Shown here: one piece after another, positions 1 to 8,339 of the stretch
Layout: each line of letters starts with the position of its first letter
Numbering within the stretch: the first letter of the stretch is position 1
From: Candidatus Marinacidobacterales bacterium
GTDB lineage: Bacteria > Acidobacteriota > Vicinamibacteria > Marinacidobacterales > SMYC01
Direction of reading: 5' to 3'
Assembly (NCBI GenBank): GCA_965237685.1
Contig: CBDEGF010000004.1
Span: forward strand, 463,344-527,343
DNA: 64,000 bases
Notes under the pieces: generated by a model
Told to the model about the DNA's origin: nothing
The model's input: only the letters and a program-made list of their open reading frames with translations
Database searches by the model: none
Translations under genes and position numbers: made by a program

Positions 1-796
1 GCATGCTCTGCTCAAGCCGTTGTATGGCGGGCGTCAGCTGCTGATAATCGCTGCCGGCCTGCGTGGCATCGATGTCGACAATCAGGCCGTGCGCGGCATC
101 CGTTGAGACCTGGACGTTGTAGCTAGGTGCGGAGCCGCCCTCGGCTTGTTTCATCACCCGCGCGTCGGGATCGGTCGTGCTCACGCGTTTTACGCGGCTT
201 TTGGCGGCTTCCAGCTTGTCGTACTCCTTCAACGCTGATTCTAGACGCTCCTGTCTCTCTCGCCTGGCGCGTTGCTGTGCTGCCTGCATCTGCCGGCTCG
301 ATTCCTCCTCCGTCTGTGCTTCGAGAGCCTCGACCGCCTCACGCGCATCCTTCAGATACGCCTCCACACGAGGCTTGCTGCGAAATCCACTCGACGAAGC
401 ATTCGCGCGCACCTTCGTCCCATCCAGCATGACTCGCTCGAGCGTGATCAATCCGTCTGCACTCAGAAGCCCCAAAGTTTGCACAAACAACTCGTGTAGG
501 GCCTCCGAATGGGTCACCCGAAAGTCCGATAGCGTGTGCGCACTGATGCTCTGCATTCCGGTGAGCCATTGATAAGCCGGATGATGCTCGCACAGCCGCT
601 CAATGGCGCGGGCCGAACTCACGGACTGGCTGTAGCTGTAGACCCACAGGCTCACCAGTAGCTGCGGATCGAACGCGGGCCGGCCTGCGCCACCCGCGAC
701 GGAGCGGATCTGCTCCGTGTACCCGCTGAGATCCAGCCAACCCACGAACTCCCAGATCGCACGCGCTGGGTCATCCTCTGGGATCAATCGCTCCAC
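1..796 (-). CDS. IS1182-family (IS5-like, DUF772-type N-terminus) DDE transposase, first ~265 codons; the rest lies beyond the left window edge
   Basis: Absent from the ORF track because it is open at the window edge. Manual minus-strand translation from GTG 796 reads (M)ERLIPEDDPARAIWEFVGWLDLSGYTEQIRSVAGGAGRPAFDPQLLVSLWVYSYSQSVSSARAIERLCEHHPAYQWLTG...STTDPDARVMKQAEGGSAPSYNVQVSTDAAHGLIVDIDATQAGSDYQQL, with no stop down to nt 2. These are typical IS1182/IS5 N-terminal and pre-catalytic motifs. Confidence 0.75.
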   Translation of the reverse strand, partial: MERLIPEDDPARAIWEFVGWLDLSGYTEQIRSVAGGAGRPAFDPQLLVSLWVYSYSQSVSSARAIERLCEHHPAYQWLTGMQSISAHTLSDFRVTHSEALHELFVQTLGLLSADGLITLERVMLDGTKVRANASSSGFRSKPRVEAYLKDAREAVEALEAQTEEESSRQMQAAQQRARRERQERLESALKEYDKLEAAKSRVKRVSTTDPDARVMKQAEGGSAPSYNVQVSTDAAHGLIVDIDATQAGSDYQQLTPAIQRLEQSM

Positions 797-992
797 GTCT
801 ACCCCGCTTTCTCCCTCGCTTCGCCTTTGGCGTCCGACGCACAATCAGGGTGTTTCGATCCTCCACCACCCACTCCAGCTCCTCGCCCTGCTCCATCTCT
901 AGCGCCTGCGCTAAAGGCGACGGGCAAATCACATAGAACTGACGGGTGTCGTTGGCTCGTTTGATCACCTGCAGCTTCGTTACGTATCCCAT
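771..992 (-). CDS. AbrB/SpoVT-fold small DNA-binding protein (73 aa) overlapping the IS1182 transposase start by 26 nt
   Basis: ORF MGYVTKLQVIKRANDTRQFYVICPSPLAQALEMEQGEELEWVVEDRNTLIVRR followed by a basic tail. The pattern (x-V-x-I/C-P-xx-L/A-xx-L-x-L/M-xx-G-E/D-x-L/V-E-W ... L-I/L-V/L-R) matches AbrB/MazE-type swapped-hairpin domains. Confidence 0.5.
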   Translation of the reverse strand: MGYVTKLQVIKRANDTRQFYVICPSPLAQALEMEQGEELEWVVEDRNTLIVRRTPKAKRGRKRGRRGAIDPRG

Positions 993-999
993 ACTCGCA

Positions 1000-1029
1000 A
1001 TTCTATAACATAGCGGTACCGCTAGTCAA
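1000..1029 (-). promoter_or_regulatory. Sigma70-like promoter TTGACT-N18-TAGAAT with a perfect 12-bp palindrome in the spacer; probably leaderless transcript for the AbrB-like ORF
   Basis: Minus strand: TTGACT (1029-1024), TAGAAT (1005-1000), and palindrome AGCGGTACCGCT (1012-1023) between them. The ATG at 992 lies 7 nt after the -10 box and no Shine-Dalgarno fits. Confidence 0.35.
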
Positions 1030-1065
1030 TAACTAATTTTTCTCACGTCCAGAGTTCTGCCGTTG

Positions 1066-4000
1066 TCACGGGAAGAGCCGCCGTACGGCGTGAATCACGC
1101 CCGCTTCGGTGCCGACGTACAGGAGATCGTGCCGGACGTCCAGGCTCGGGCTTCCGACGACCGAGATGACCTGGCCCAGAGCGATGGACTTCATCATCGG
1201 AGGTATCGCCGGCGCCCCGGTCGTGACGTCGATCTCGTACAGACGGCCGTCGCCCCCGCCGACGTAAGGGTGAATGCCGCCGGGTGCGAAGAGGGGGGTG
1301 GAGGGTCTGGGAATGGCGCCTGGGGCCGTCGCCCATTTCAAAAGAGCCTCTGCTCCGTTGTCGGTCACGGCCCAGACCCGGTTGGTGGTCGCGAAGTACA
1401 TGTCGTTGCTCCAGGTATCGACGAAGACGAAGCCCTTGACGGCACCATCACCACTGGGGAAGCTCCAGGCCGTGTCGCCGCTCGCCACCTCGACCGCTTT
1501 CACCTCGCCGAGATTCGTCCCGACGTAGATGCGGTCGCCGCGCGGGATCGGAGCGCCGTCGATGCTCCCCACATCGACCGCCCATATCTCGTCGCCGTTC
1601 GTGATGTCGAGACACCAAAGCGTATTGGCACCTGCGACGCGGCGGCGACTGGCAAAGAAGAATCGCTTTCTCTCGTAGTCGACGACGCCGGCCGCTCCTA
1701 CCGCGCCGATCCCGAGCCCTCCCTCGTCGCGGAACGACCAGACCTCCTCTCCGTTGGACGCGTCGAGAGCGTACACCATCGTGTCGTTCGACTGGTTGCG
1801 GCCGGCCGCGAACACCAGGTCGTCGTCCGCTCCGAAGACGCGCAGAAACGCCCCGGGTGCCGCTTGCACCAGCCCCAGGTCCGCCGACTGCCAGGCGACC
1901 GCTCCGTTTGCGGCATCCACCACGTAGACCCGTCCGTCCTGGGCTCCGAGGAGAACTCCCGGATCGTTGGCCGGCGGGATGAGCACCACCGCGGGCCGGT
2001 GCTGGGACGGCGCATCCATGATGAGCTGGTCCCAGTTCGCAAGCCGCGTACCCCCGTCAGGGCCTCGGGTCAGCCCGTGAACCACGTGATCGTTCGCCAC
2101 CGCGTAGACGCCCGGCCCGATGCCGGGTGTCGCAGCGACAGGATGCCGATGTGAAAGCTCCACAGGATGGGGCTCGACAGCTCGAGCGTGCGGCCCTGAA
2201 TCGTCTTCCCCGGCGAGAACGTGTCGTTTGTGTGGTTGACGAAAGCGGCGTAGTAGAGGGGCGTATCGGGATCGAGCCCACCGTGCATCGCCGCCCCATG
2301 CTCTCCCGCCCCGGTCGCGCTGTCGATGCGAAACGTCGCCAGGGGGTCGTTCGGGCCGGTGGGAGGCGCGTCCTCCCGGCCCAGGATTCGTGTGAAGACG
2401 TACGTTTGCTCCGGGGGATTCAACCACTCGATGGTGTTCTCGTCGACGCGCGAGGTCACCGTCAACAAGTCGACGTCCGTCGCGCAAACACCGTGACCTC
2501 GAGCTCGTTGGAGACCGTCACGCTCCCGCAGGATGGTGTCGTGGTGGCGACGAGGAAGTACATGCCCGTCCCCGGAAAGTCGTTCCCGTCGATGACGTAG
2601 TCGTTCCCGGTCTCGCCGGGTATCGTCGTGATGGGACCGCTCGGGAGCGTCCGAAAACCCCACGCCTCGGTGGCAGCACCACCACCGGTGTTCGAGACGG
2701 AGACCGTCCCGCCGGAACAGGTCTCGCACACCACGGTCGATCCGGAGCTCTCGATCCGGACATCGGACAGAGCGGGCGAGGCGGTGACGACGAGGGACCC
2801 GGAGCCGACGATCTGGCCCCCATTCGAGACCACGACTTCTACGAGGTGCAGTCCCGCGGTGAGACTGGCGAGCGTGATGGACTGCGTGTCGCCTGCGGGT
2901 TCTCCGTTCAGTGTCCAGCGATACTCCTCGTAGCCGCTCTCCGTGTCGTAGGTGACCGGGATACCTTCACAAACCTCTGACGGCCCGAAGATCTCGACGG
3001 TGCTCTGGATGCGACCGTCGAGCACGGTCACATCGTCATAGAACAGGTCCGGGTTGTTCGGGTCGTTCGGGTCGAGGTAGTACGGAATCAGCGTCGCCCG
3101 GTAGTCCTCCCCGACGAGATGGTCGATCTCGACCGCGAGGTAGCCGTGCTGGCGGTTGTCCAGCGGATGATGAAGCGAGAAAACCCCTGTTGCCAGACGG
3201 GGTTCGCCGCGGGCAACCGCAACCCGGTGGGATCGCCGATGGTGGTGACGAGGAAGTAGTGGATTTCGTGCTGGTCGGGCGGGCCACCGAGCCGAGTACC
3301 GGTGGTGACGGAGTGCTCGTAGGACTCGTCGTGGCCGGAAAAAACGGCGTCCACGCCGTAGCGGTGGAACAGCGGATCCAGCTTGCAGATCGGGTGTCCC
3401 GACTGCTGCTCGTCGGGAGCGCCGTGCACGAAGGACGAGTAGGGCGCCTGGTGATTCACGACGAAAACGAAGGCGGACTCCTTTCTCGCCTGTTCCAGAG
3501 CGCCGGTGAGCCACCCGTATTGAAGGCTGTCCGGTGTTCCTGCGACCTCCCCGTGGATGTCTGGAGCCCAGCTCTGGCCTCCGGGCTCGGGTGGCTCGTT
3601 CTCCCCAACGAGCGGGTGTGCGGAAAAGCGTCCGGAGTCCCAGTTCGTGGCCGGGTCGGCACTCGAAATGGAGTCATTGTTCGTATCGATGACGAGGATG
3701 CTCACCGGGCCATACTTCATGGCGTAGTACCTCTCGTCACGAGGCTCGCCTCGGGTGTGGTTGTTGGGCGGAAGCGAGAAGTAGGCCCGGTACCGCGCGA
3801 CACCGTCTTCGGCGAAAGGCTGCGTGTACGGGGAGCCGTTGCCGCCGAGCGTCGTGTTGAGCGCGTCGTACTCGTGATTCCCGGGGGCGGGGTAGACGGG
3901 GATCTGCGAGGCGAGGCTGGTCGCCGGATCGGCGCGGACGAGATCCGACCAGAACGCGTCCCAGTCGTCCTGTGCATTTCCCTGATCGACGAGGTCTGCC

Positions 4001-4350
4001 GCATAGACGAGGAACCGGGGATTCTTCGTCGCGATGAGATTCAGGACGCCGCGGTGGATGAGATTGCGCAGCGGCACGGTCGCCTTCGATTCGGAGTCGG
4101 CGGCGACGGCGAACGTGAAATCGGTCCCGAGCGCCACCGCGGTGTCGAACTGCGAGCGCCATTCCGAGGCGCCCTGGCTCACCCGATAGAAGTATGTCGT
4201 GTCGGTGGCGAGACCAGTCAAGCGGACTTCGTGTCGGTAGGGGTGGTTATCCTTCTCTTCGACGCTTCCGACCACCGTGGTGATGGCGCTGATCTGCGAG
4301 GGGGTGCTCGCCGCTGACTGACCGTAGCTCTCGGTGAGCCCCCATTCGCA
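1066..4350 (-). pseudogene. Large multidomain gene (purple-acid-phosphatase-like metallophosphoesterase + Ig/PKD-like beta domains + PQQ-like beta-propeller), 5'-truncated with three frameshifts
   Basis: Four minus-strand ORFs in different frames (3088-4275, 2462-3514, 2070-2729, 1066-2487) have meaningful parts that abut. Domains seen: metallophosphatase (GNHEYD, GHDESYEH, YRHEVRLTGLATDTTYFYRV), a beta-rich middle (VTYDTESGYEEYRWTLNGEPAGD) and a PQQ-type propeller (DGRVYVVDAANGAVAWQ, LWCLDITNGDEIWAV). Frame switches lie near 3184-3187 (C4 run), about 2486-2492 and about 2135-2160. The frame stays open 5' of the listed GTG (EWGLTESYGQSAASTPSQISAITT) up to a TGA at 4351-4353, with no start codon or signal peptide. 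Confidence 0.7.
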
Positions 4351-4361
4351 TCACTCGGGGC

Positions 4362-5888
4362 ATGGCAGGCGCAGAGCTAATTGATGCTTTCATCGATCAG
4401 CTCCAGGTGGAAACGGTTGTGCTGCTGGGTTTGAAACCGTTCGTGCTCGCACCGCCGGCCGTCGAGATCGTCGAGGCTTCGGAGGGCCTGGAGCGGGAGA
4501 GCCCGCGACATCGCATCGCGCGGCGCAAGGAACAGTGGAATGCGCACCTCGAGGGCGCCGTCGAGGCGGTGCTGAGCGCGCTTCCCGTCGTCGGTGCACC
4601 TCCCCCCTTGGATGCGGCGGAGGCCTGGACGGGGCGCCAGGTGGCCGTGCTCGACGCCGGCGGAGGCACGCTCGCCTTGGGAGAGTGTCGCGACATCGAA
4701 GGGAGCTCGATACGAATCCTCGCACCGCCGTTTGCTCTCGACGAGGCGAAAGCGCATCTGGTCCGCGACGCCCGTCGCGACCCACTGGGAGAGCTCCGGA
4801 CGGCGCCGCGCCCTCCGTCTACTGGGACCGAGCGGCCCGTGCCCGACCTCGAGGGGGGAGTGATGGCGAATGCCCCCGAACGGCCCCGGGTGACGAGCCT
4901 CGCTACCGCCAAGGCCCTTCTGGTGAACGGAGTCTTCGGAGATCCGCTGCTGCACGTACGCTTGCGCCATCGGAAGCGAAGTCTTCTCTTCGACCTTGGC
5001 GAGGCCGCCCGTCTTCCCGCTCGGATCGTCCATCAAGTGACGGACGTCTTCGTCTCCCATGCCCACTTCGATCACATCGGTGGATTCCTGTGGTTTCTTC
5101 GCTCCTGTATCGGCTCTCCCCGTTGCCGACGCATCTTCGGCCCGCCCGGTCTTGCTGACCACCTCAAAAGCATGATCTCCGGCATCGGCTGGGACCGCAT
5201 CGGAGAGCGGGGGCCGCTCTTCGAAGTCGGTGAAGTTTTCCCCGATCGTATCGAGCGCCACCGGCTTCGTGTCGGAGCGTCCGGGCGAGAACGACTCGAC
5301 GACCTTTCCCTGTCGGGCGGCGTCGTCTTGAAGGAGCCGGAGTTCGAGATCCGTGCGACAGAGCTGGACCACGGGATCCCGGTGCTCGCCTTTGCTTTCG
5401 TCGAGCGCCGCGTCCTCCACATTCGTCGGGAACGGGTGGATGCGGCCGGGTTGGCGCCGGGACCGTGGCTCGGAGAGCTCAAACGGTGCGTGCTCGACGG
5501 TCGTCTGGCGGAAGCGATCGACCTTCCTGACGGTCGCCGACGGCCCGTCGAGGAGCTCGCGCGGGAATTCGTTCTATCTCGCCCGGGAAGGAAGCTGGTC
5601 TACGCGACCGACCTCGATGACACGGTCGCGAATCGAAAGGCGCTCGCCGAGCTGGCCTGGGGCGCAAGCTTTTTCTACTGCGAGGCCGCTTTCCTCGAGA
5701 AAGATACGCACCTCGCCCGCCGAACGCAGCATCTGACTGCACGGGCGGCGGGCGAGATCGCGCTCGCCGCCGACGTGGAAAGGCTCGTCCCGTTTCACTT
5801 CTCCAAGCGCTACGAGAACGATCCGGAAAGGATCTACACCGAGGTTCGGCGCGCGTTCCCGAAACGCGTCATCGCGCTCGGGTCTTGA
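4362..5888 (+). CDS. MBL-fold metallo-hydrolase (RNase Z-like) preceded by what looks like the C-terminal half of a Clp1-type kinase module; probably 5'-truncated
   Basis: 508-aa ORF with HAHFDHIGG (HxHxDH) and a downstream MBL core. The N-terminal ~165 aa (LIDAFIDQLQVETVVLLG, SPRHRIARRKEQW, GRQVAVLDAGGGTLALGECRDIEGSSIRILAP) resembles, from memory, the distal part of Clp1/Grc3 modules, but no P-loop is present. The frame is closed by TGA 4335-4337 just upstream. Confidence 0.65.
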   Translation: MAGAELIDAFIDQLQVETVVLLGLKPFVLAPPAVEIVEASEGLERESPRHRIARRKEQWNAHLEGAVEAVLSALPVVGAPPPLDAAEAWTGRQVAVLDAGGGTLALGECRDIEGSSIRILAPPFALDEAKAHLVRDARRDPLGELRTAPRPPSTGTERPVPDLEGGVMANAPERPRVTSLATAKALLVNGVFGDPLLHVRLRHRKRSLLFDLGEAARLPARIVHQVTDVFVSHAHFDHIGGFLWFLRSCIGSPRCRRIFGPPGLADHLKSMISGIGWDRIGERGPLFEVGEVFPDRIERHRLRVGASGRERLDDLSLSGGVVLKEPEFEIRATELDHGIPVLAFAFVERRVLHIRRERVDAAGLAPGPWLGELKRCVLDGRLAEAIDLPDGRRRPVEELAREFVLSRPGRKLVYATDLDDTVANRKALAELAWGASFFYCEAAFLEKDTHLARRTQHLTARAAGEIALAADVERLVPFHFSKRYENDPERIYTEVRRAFPKRVIALGS

Positions 5889-6060
5889 CCCGAGCGCAGG
5901 CGTCGGCGATCGCGGCGATGTGCTCGTGGTCGGTTCCGCAGCAGCCGCCGACGACGATGAGATCGTAGGCTCGTTTCAGCTCCGCCATCGCCGAGGCGAG
6001 CTCGGCCGGATTCCCGCGGTCCAGACTCGTGCTCTTGTCGAGCTTTCCCGTCATCGGTTC
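5869..6060 (-). pseudogene. Homocysteine S-methyltransferase-domain remnant (C-terminal ~60 codons only)
   Basis: GKLDKSTSLDRGNPAELASAMAELKRAYDLIVVGGCCGTDHEHIAAIADA carries the GGCCGT..HI motif of the S-methyltransferase domain C-terminus. The upstream part of the listed ORF overlaps the end of the oxidoreductase gene in another frame. Confidence 0.55.
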
Positions 6061-7228
6061 AAGTTCCCCGCGGCACAGTGGGGTTGCGCATCGCCTGAAA
6101 GAGCTCGATGTGCCCTTCGACGACGCGCTTGCGTTCTTCCTCGTTGACGTCGAGCGACCAGACGCCACGTTCCGAGGTGCCGCCCATGACGATGCCGTCG
6201 GAGCGCGGCATCATGTGGATGCCGACGCCGGGCTCGGGAGTCGAGACGCGAAGGCCACCGAGCGTCCCGTAGTCGACTTGGGGTTGCGGAATCGCGACGC
6301 TGAGCTGTCCTTTGAGTGGAACCAGCTCCATGTCATCGAAGAGCGCCCTCGCGCCCAGGCCCGTGCAGTTGACGACGAGCGATTCGCCGAGCGTCATGAG
6401 CTCCTGGACCGTGTCGAACTTGCGAACGACCAGCCGGCCGCCGAAGCGATGAAAGTCGGCGAGGAGAGCTTCCAGATAGATGGAGGGCTCGATCCGCATC
6501 GAGGGGCGCTCGACGGCGTACTTCGTAGGGAATGGATGCTCACCCGGTCGCAGCAACACGCTGCCCGGTTGTACTTCCTGCGGGAGAATGGGGATCGACC
6601 CGCTCGCCGCGCGCTCGTCGTTCGTCGGGTTGTATGCATTGATCCATGAGACACCATAGCGGGGACCGACGAGCAGCTGGAGCTGACGGTAGGCGATGGT
6701 CACCGCGCGCCGGAACTGGTCTTCCCATTCGGGGGTTCGCTGCTGAAAGTTCAGGAGTCCGGAGGTCGGCGTGAAACCGGCGAGCGACATGTTGGAGGTC
6801 GTGTCCGGGGGTACTGCCATCGCGTAGATCGTCACGTCGAAGCCCCGGCGCTGGAGCTGGCGCGCCGAGGTGAGCCCGACCGCACCGCAGCCGATCACCG
6901 CCGCGCGGCGGTCATGATGGTCGAGGGCCATCTCCGCCGCCAGCTGTCCGGTGCCCCACGACAGCGACATCCCCGCACCGCCGTGCCCGTAGTTATGGAT
7001 GATGGTCTTGCGGTCGAGCTTCTGGGCCTTCAGGACGAAGCCGGAGGGTCGGTGGGGCCTGAGGCCGACCGTGGTTCGGATGATGCGGTCCCACGATACG
7101 TTCGGCGGGTACAGGTTCCGCGGCGGCTGCCGCGCGGCTGGCTCCGGGGCCGGCCTGGAGGAGCAGGCACCAAGACCGAGTCCGAGCGCGGCCATTCCAC
7201 TCTTTCCCAGAAACGCACGTCGATGCAT
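6059..7228 (-). CDS. Tat-exported FAD-dependent oxidoreductase (DAO / D-amino-acid-oxidase-like family)
   Basis: 389 aa. N-terminus MHRRAFLGKSGMAALGLGLGACSS has a twin-arginine motif, and AAVIGCGAVGLTSARQL is a GxGxxG dinucleotide-binding fold. Overall DAO-family look. Confidence 0.8.
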   Translation of the reverse strand: MHRRAFLGKSGMAALGLGLGACSSRPAPEPAARQPPRNLYPPNVSWDRIIRTTVGLRPHRPSGFVLKAQKLDRKTIIHNYGHGGAGMSLSWGTGQLAAEMALDHHDRRAAVIGCGAVGLTSARQLQRRGFDVTIYAMAVPPDTTSNMSLAGFTPTSGLLNFQQRTPEWEDQFRRAVTIAYRQLQLLVGPRYGVSWINAYNPTNDERAASGSIPILPQEVQPGSVLLRPGEHPFPTKYAVERPSMRIEPSIYLEALLADFHRFGGRLVVRKFDTVQELMTLGESLVVNCTGLGARALFDDMELVPLKGQLSVAIPQPQVDYGTLGGLRVSTPEPGVGIHMMPRSDGIVMGGTSERGVWSLDVNEEERKRVVEGHIELFQAMRNPTVPRGT

Positions 7229-7299
7229 GTTGGAGGCTCGCTGGAGCGAGCCTCATCATAGACGCTCACGGGCCACCGTCAAGCTCCGATCGAGTTAGA

Positions 7300-7375
7300 C
7301 CCTCTCCCTTCCGCCTCCACCAAGGCTACGGCGGACCGGCCGAAGCTTCAGCGAAGGCCGGTTGGGAGAGGGGGG
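7300..7375. repeat. REP-like nested palindrome (CCCTCTCCC...GGCTACGGCGGACCGGCCGAAGCTTCAGCGAAGGCCGG...GGGAGAGGG)
   Basis: Outer arms CCCTCTCCC/GGGAGAGGG and an inner palindrome around GAAGCTTC. Related copies occur at 13108-13236, 52377-52430 and about 52590-52670. Confidence 0.7.
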
Positions 7376-7478
7376 ACCGCCCCTTCTTGCGGAGCGGTGG
7401 GTGAGGGCCCACCTGATGGCGCTTCACCCGATCGGTCCGCCCGCGTTATTCTTACCGGAATCACACAGGAGGCGAGCG

Positions 7479-8339
7479 GTGGGCGAGCAGCCGAAGACCG
7501 GAGCGGTCGATCTGACCGGCGAGGCGATTCACTGGGATCTCGAAGGAGGCCTGACCTATGGCGGCTACCTTGGTCTCGATCGCGTCCTCGCTGCACAGAA
7601 ACCTCTGTCGAACGAGCACGACGAGATGCTCTTCATCATCATCCATCAGGTGAAAGAGCTCTGGATGAAGCTCTCGCTCCACGAGCTTCGCGCCGTGGCT
7701 CACCAGATTCAGACGGGCGAGCTCGACCCGGCGTTCAAGATGCTCAGCCGGGTGGCCCGCATCCAGGGGCAGTTGATAATGGCCTGGGACGTGCTCTCGA
7801 CGTTGACGCCCTTCGATTACTCGAAGTTCCGCGGCAAGCTCGGGCGGAGCTCGGGCTTCCAGTCGGCGCAGTATCGTGAGCTCGAGTTCGTTCTGGGCAA
7901 CAAGAACCGTGAGCTCCTGCGCGTCTTCGAGAGTGAGCCGGCCGTGCACGAACGCCTGACGGCCGTCGCCGAGCGCCCGAGCATCTACGACGAGTGCCTG
8001 CGGCTCCTGTCCCGGCGCGGCTTCCGGATTCCAGAGGAGAAGACCGAGCGCGACTGGGCGGAGCCCTACGCGCCGGACGAGAGGGTCGAAGCGGCGTGGC
8101 TCGAGGTCTATAACGATGTTACGACGCACTGGGACCTCTACGAGCTGGCGGAGAAGCTGGTCGACCTCGAGCACAAGTTCCGGCAGTGGCGCTTCAATCA
8201 CATGACGACGGTGGAACGGATCATCGGCGGGAAGCGTGGGACCGGTGGAACGAGCGGGGTGTCCTACCTGGACAAGGCGCTTCAGCTTCGTTTTTTTCCC
8301 GAGCTGTGGACCGTCCGTACTTCCATCGGAGAAAGATGA
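7479..8339 (+). CDS. kynA: Tryptophan 2,3-dioxygenase
   Basis: LTYGGYLGLDRVLAAQKPLSNEHDEMLFIIIHQVKELWMKL, FRQWRFNHMTTVERIIGGKRGTGGTSGVSYL. Start chosen at GTG 7479, 7 nt after AGGAGG (7466-7471). The track start at 7362 lies inside the REP element. Confidence 0.9.
   Translation: MGEQPKTGAVDLTGEAIHWDLEGGLTYGGYLGLDRVLAAQKPLSNEHDEMLFIIIHQVKELWMKLSLHELRAVAHQIQTGELDPAFKMLSRVARIQGQLIMAWDVLSTLTPFDYSKFRGKLGRSSGFQSAQYRELEFVLGNKNRELLRVFESEPAVHERLTAVAERPSIYDECLRLLSRRGFRIPEEKTERDWAEPYAPDERVEAAWLEVYNDVTTHWDLYELAEKLVDLEHKFRQWRFNHMTTVERIIGGKRGTGGTSGVSYLDKALQLRFFPELWTVRTSIGER

Larger units (their letters stand above)
1..1045 (-). mobile_element. IS1182-like insertion sequence, one end only (outer boundary approximate)
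   Basis: Transposase plus an AT-rich segment at 993-1045 that contrasts with the GC-rich flanks. The neighbouring gene stops at 1066, so the IS end lies between about 1030 and 1065. No terminal repeat can be defined because the other end is outside the window. Confidence 0.5.

Noticed and set aside
1063-2154. Long ORFs antisense to or overlapping real genes. Examples: 1063-2154 (+), 3190-4317 (+), 4377-5420 (-), 24274-26055 (+), 27726-29540 (+), 29842-31779 (-), 39112-40050 (-), 41574-42590 (+), 55140-56462 (-), 15912-17000 (-).
   Set aside because: They are Arg/Gly/Pro/Ala-rich, lack recognisable motifs and lie opposite genes with clear family signatures. This is the usual stop-codon-poor artefact of high-GC DNA.
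1066-4350. Programmed ribosomal frameshifting as an explanation for the multi-frame genes (phosphatase-propeller, BNR, M14, DUF1592).
   Set aside because: There are no slippery heptamers or downstream structures at the switch points. The shifts occur in both directions, and they are accompanied by deletions and stops in the same genes.
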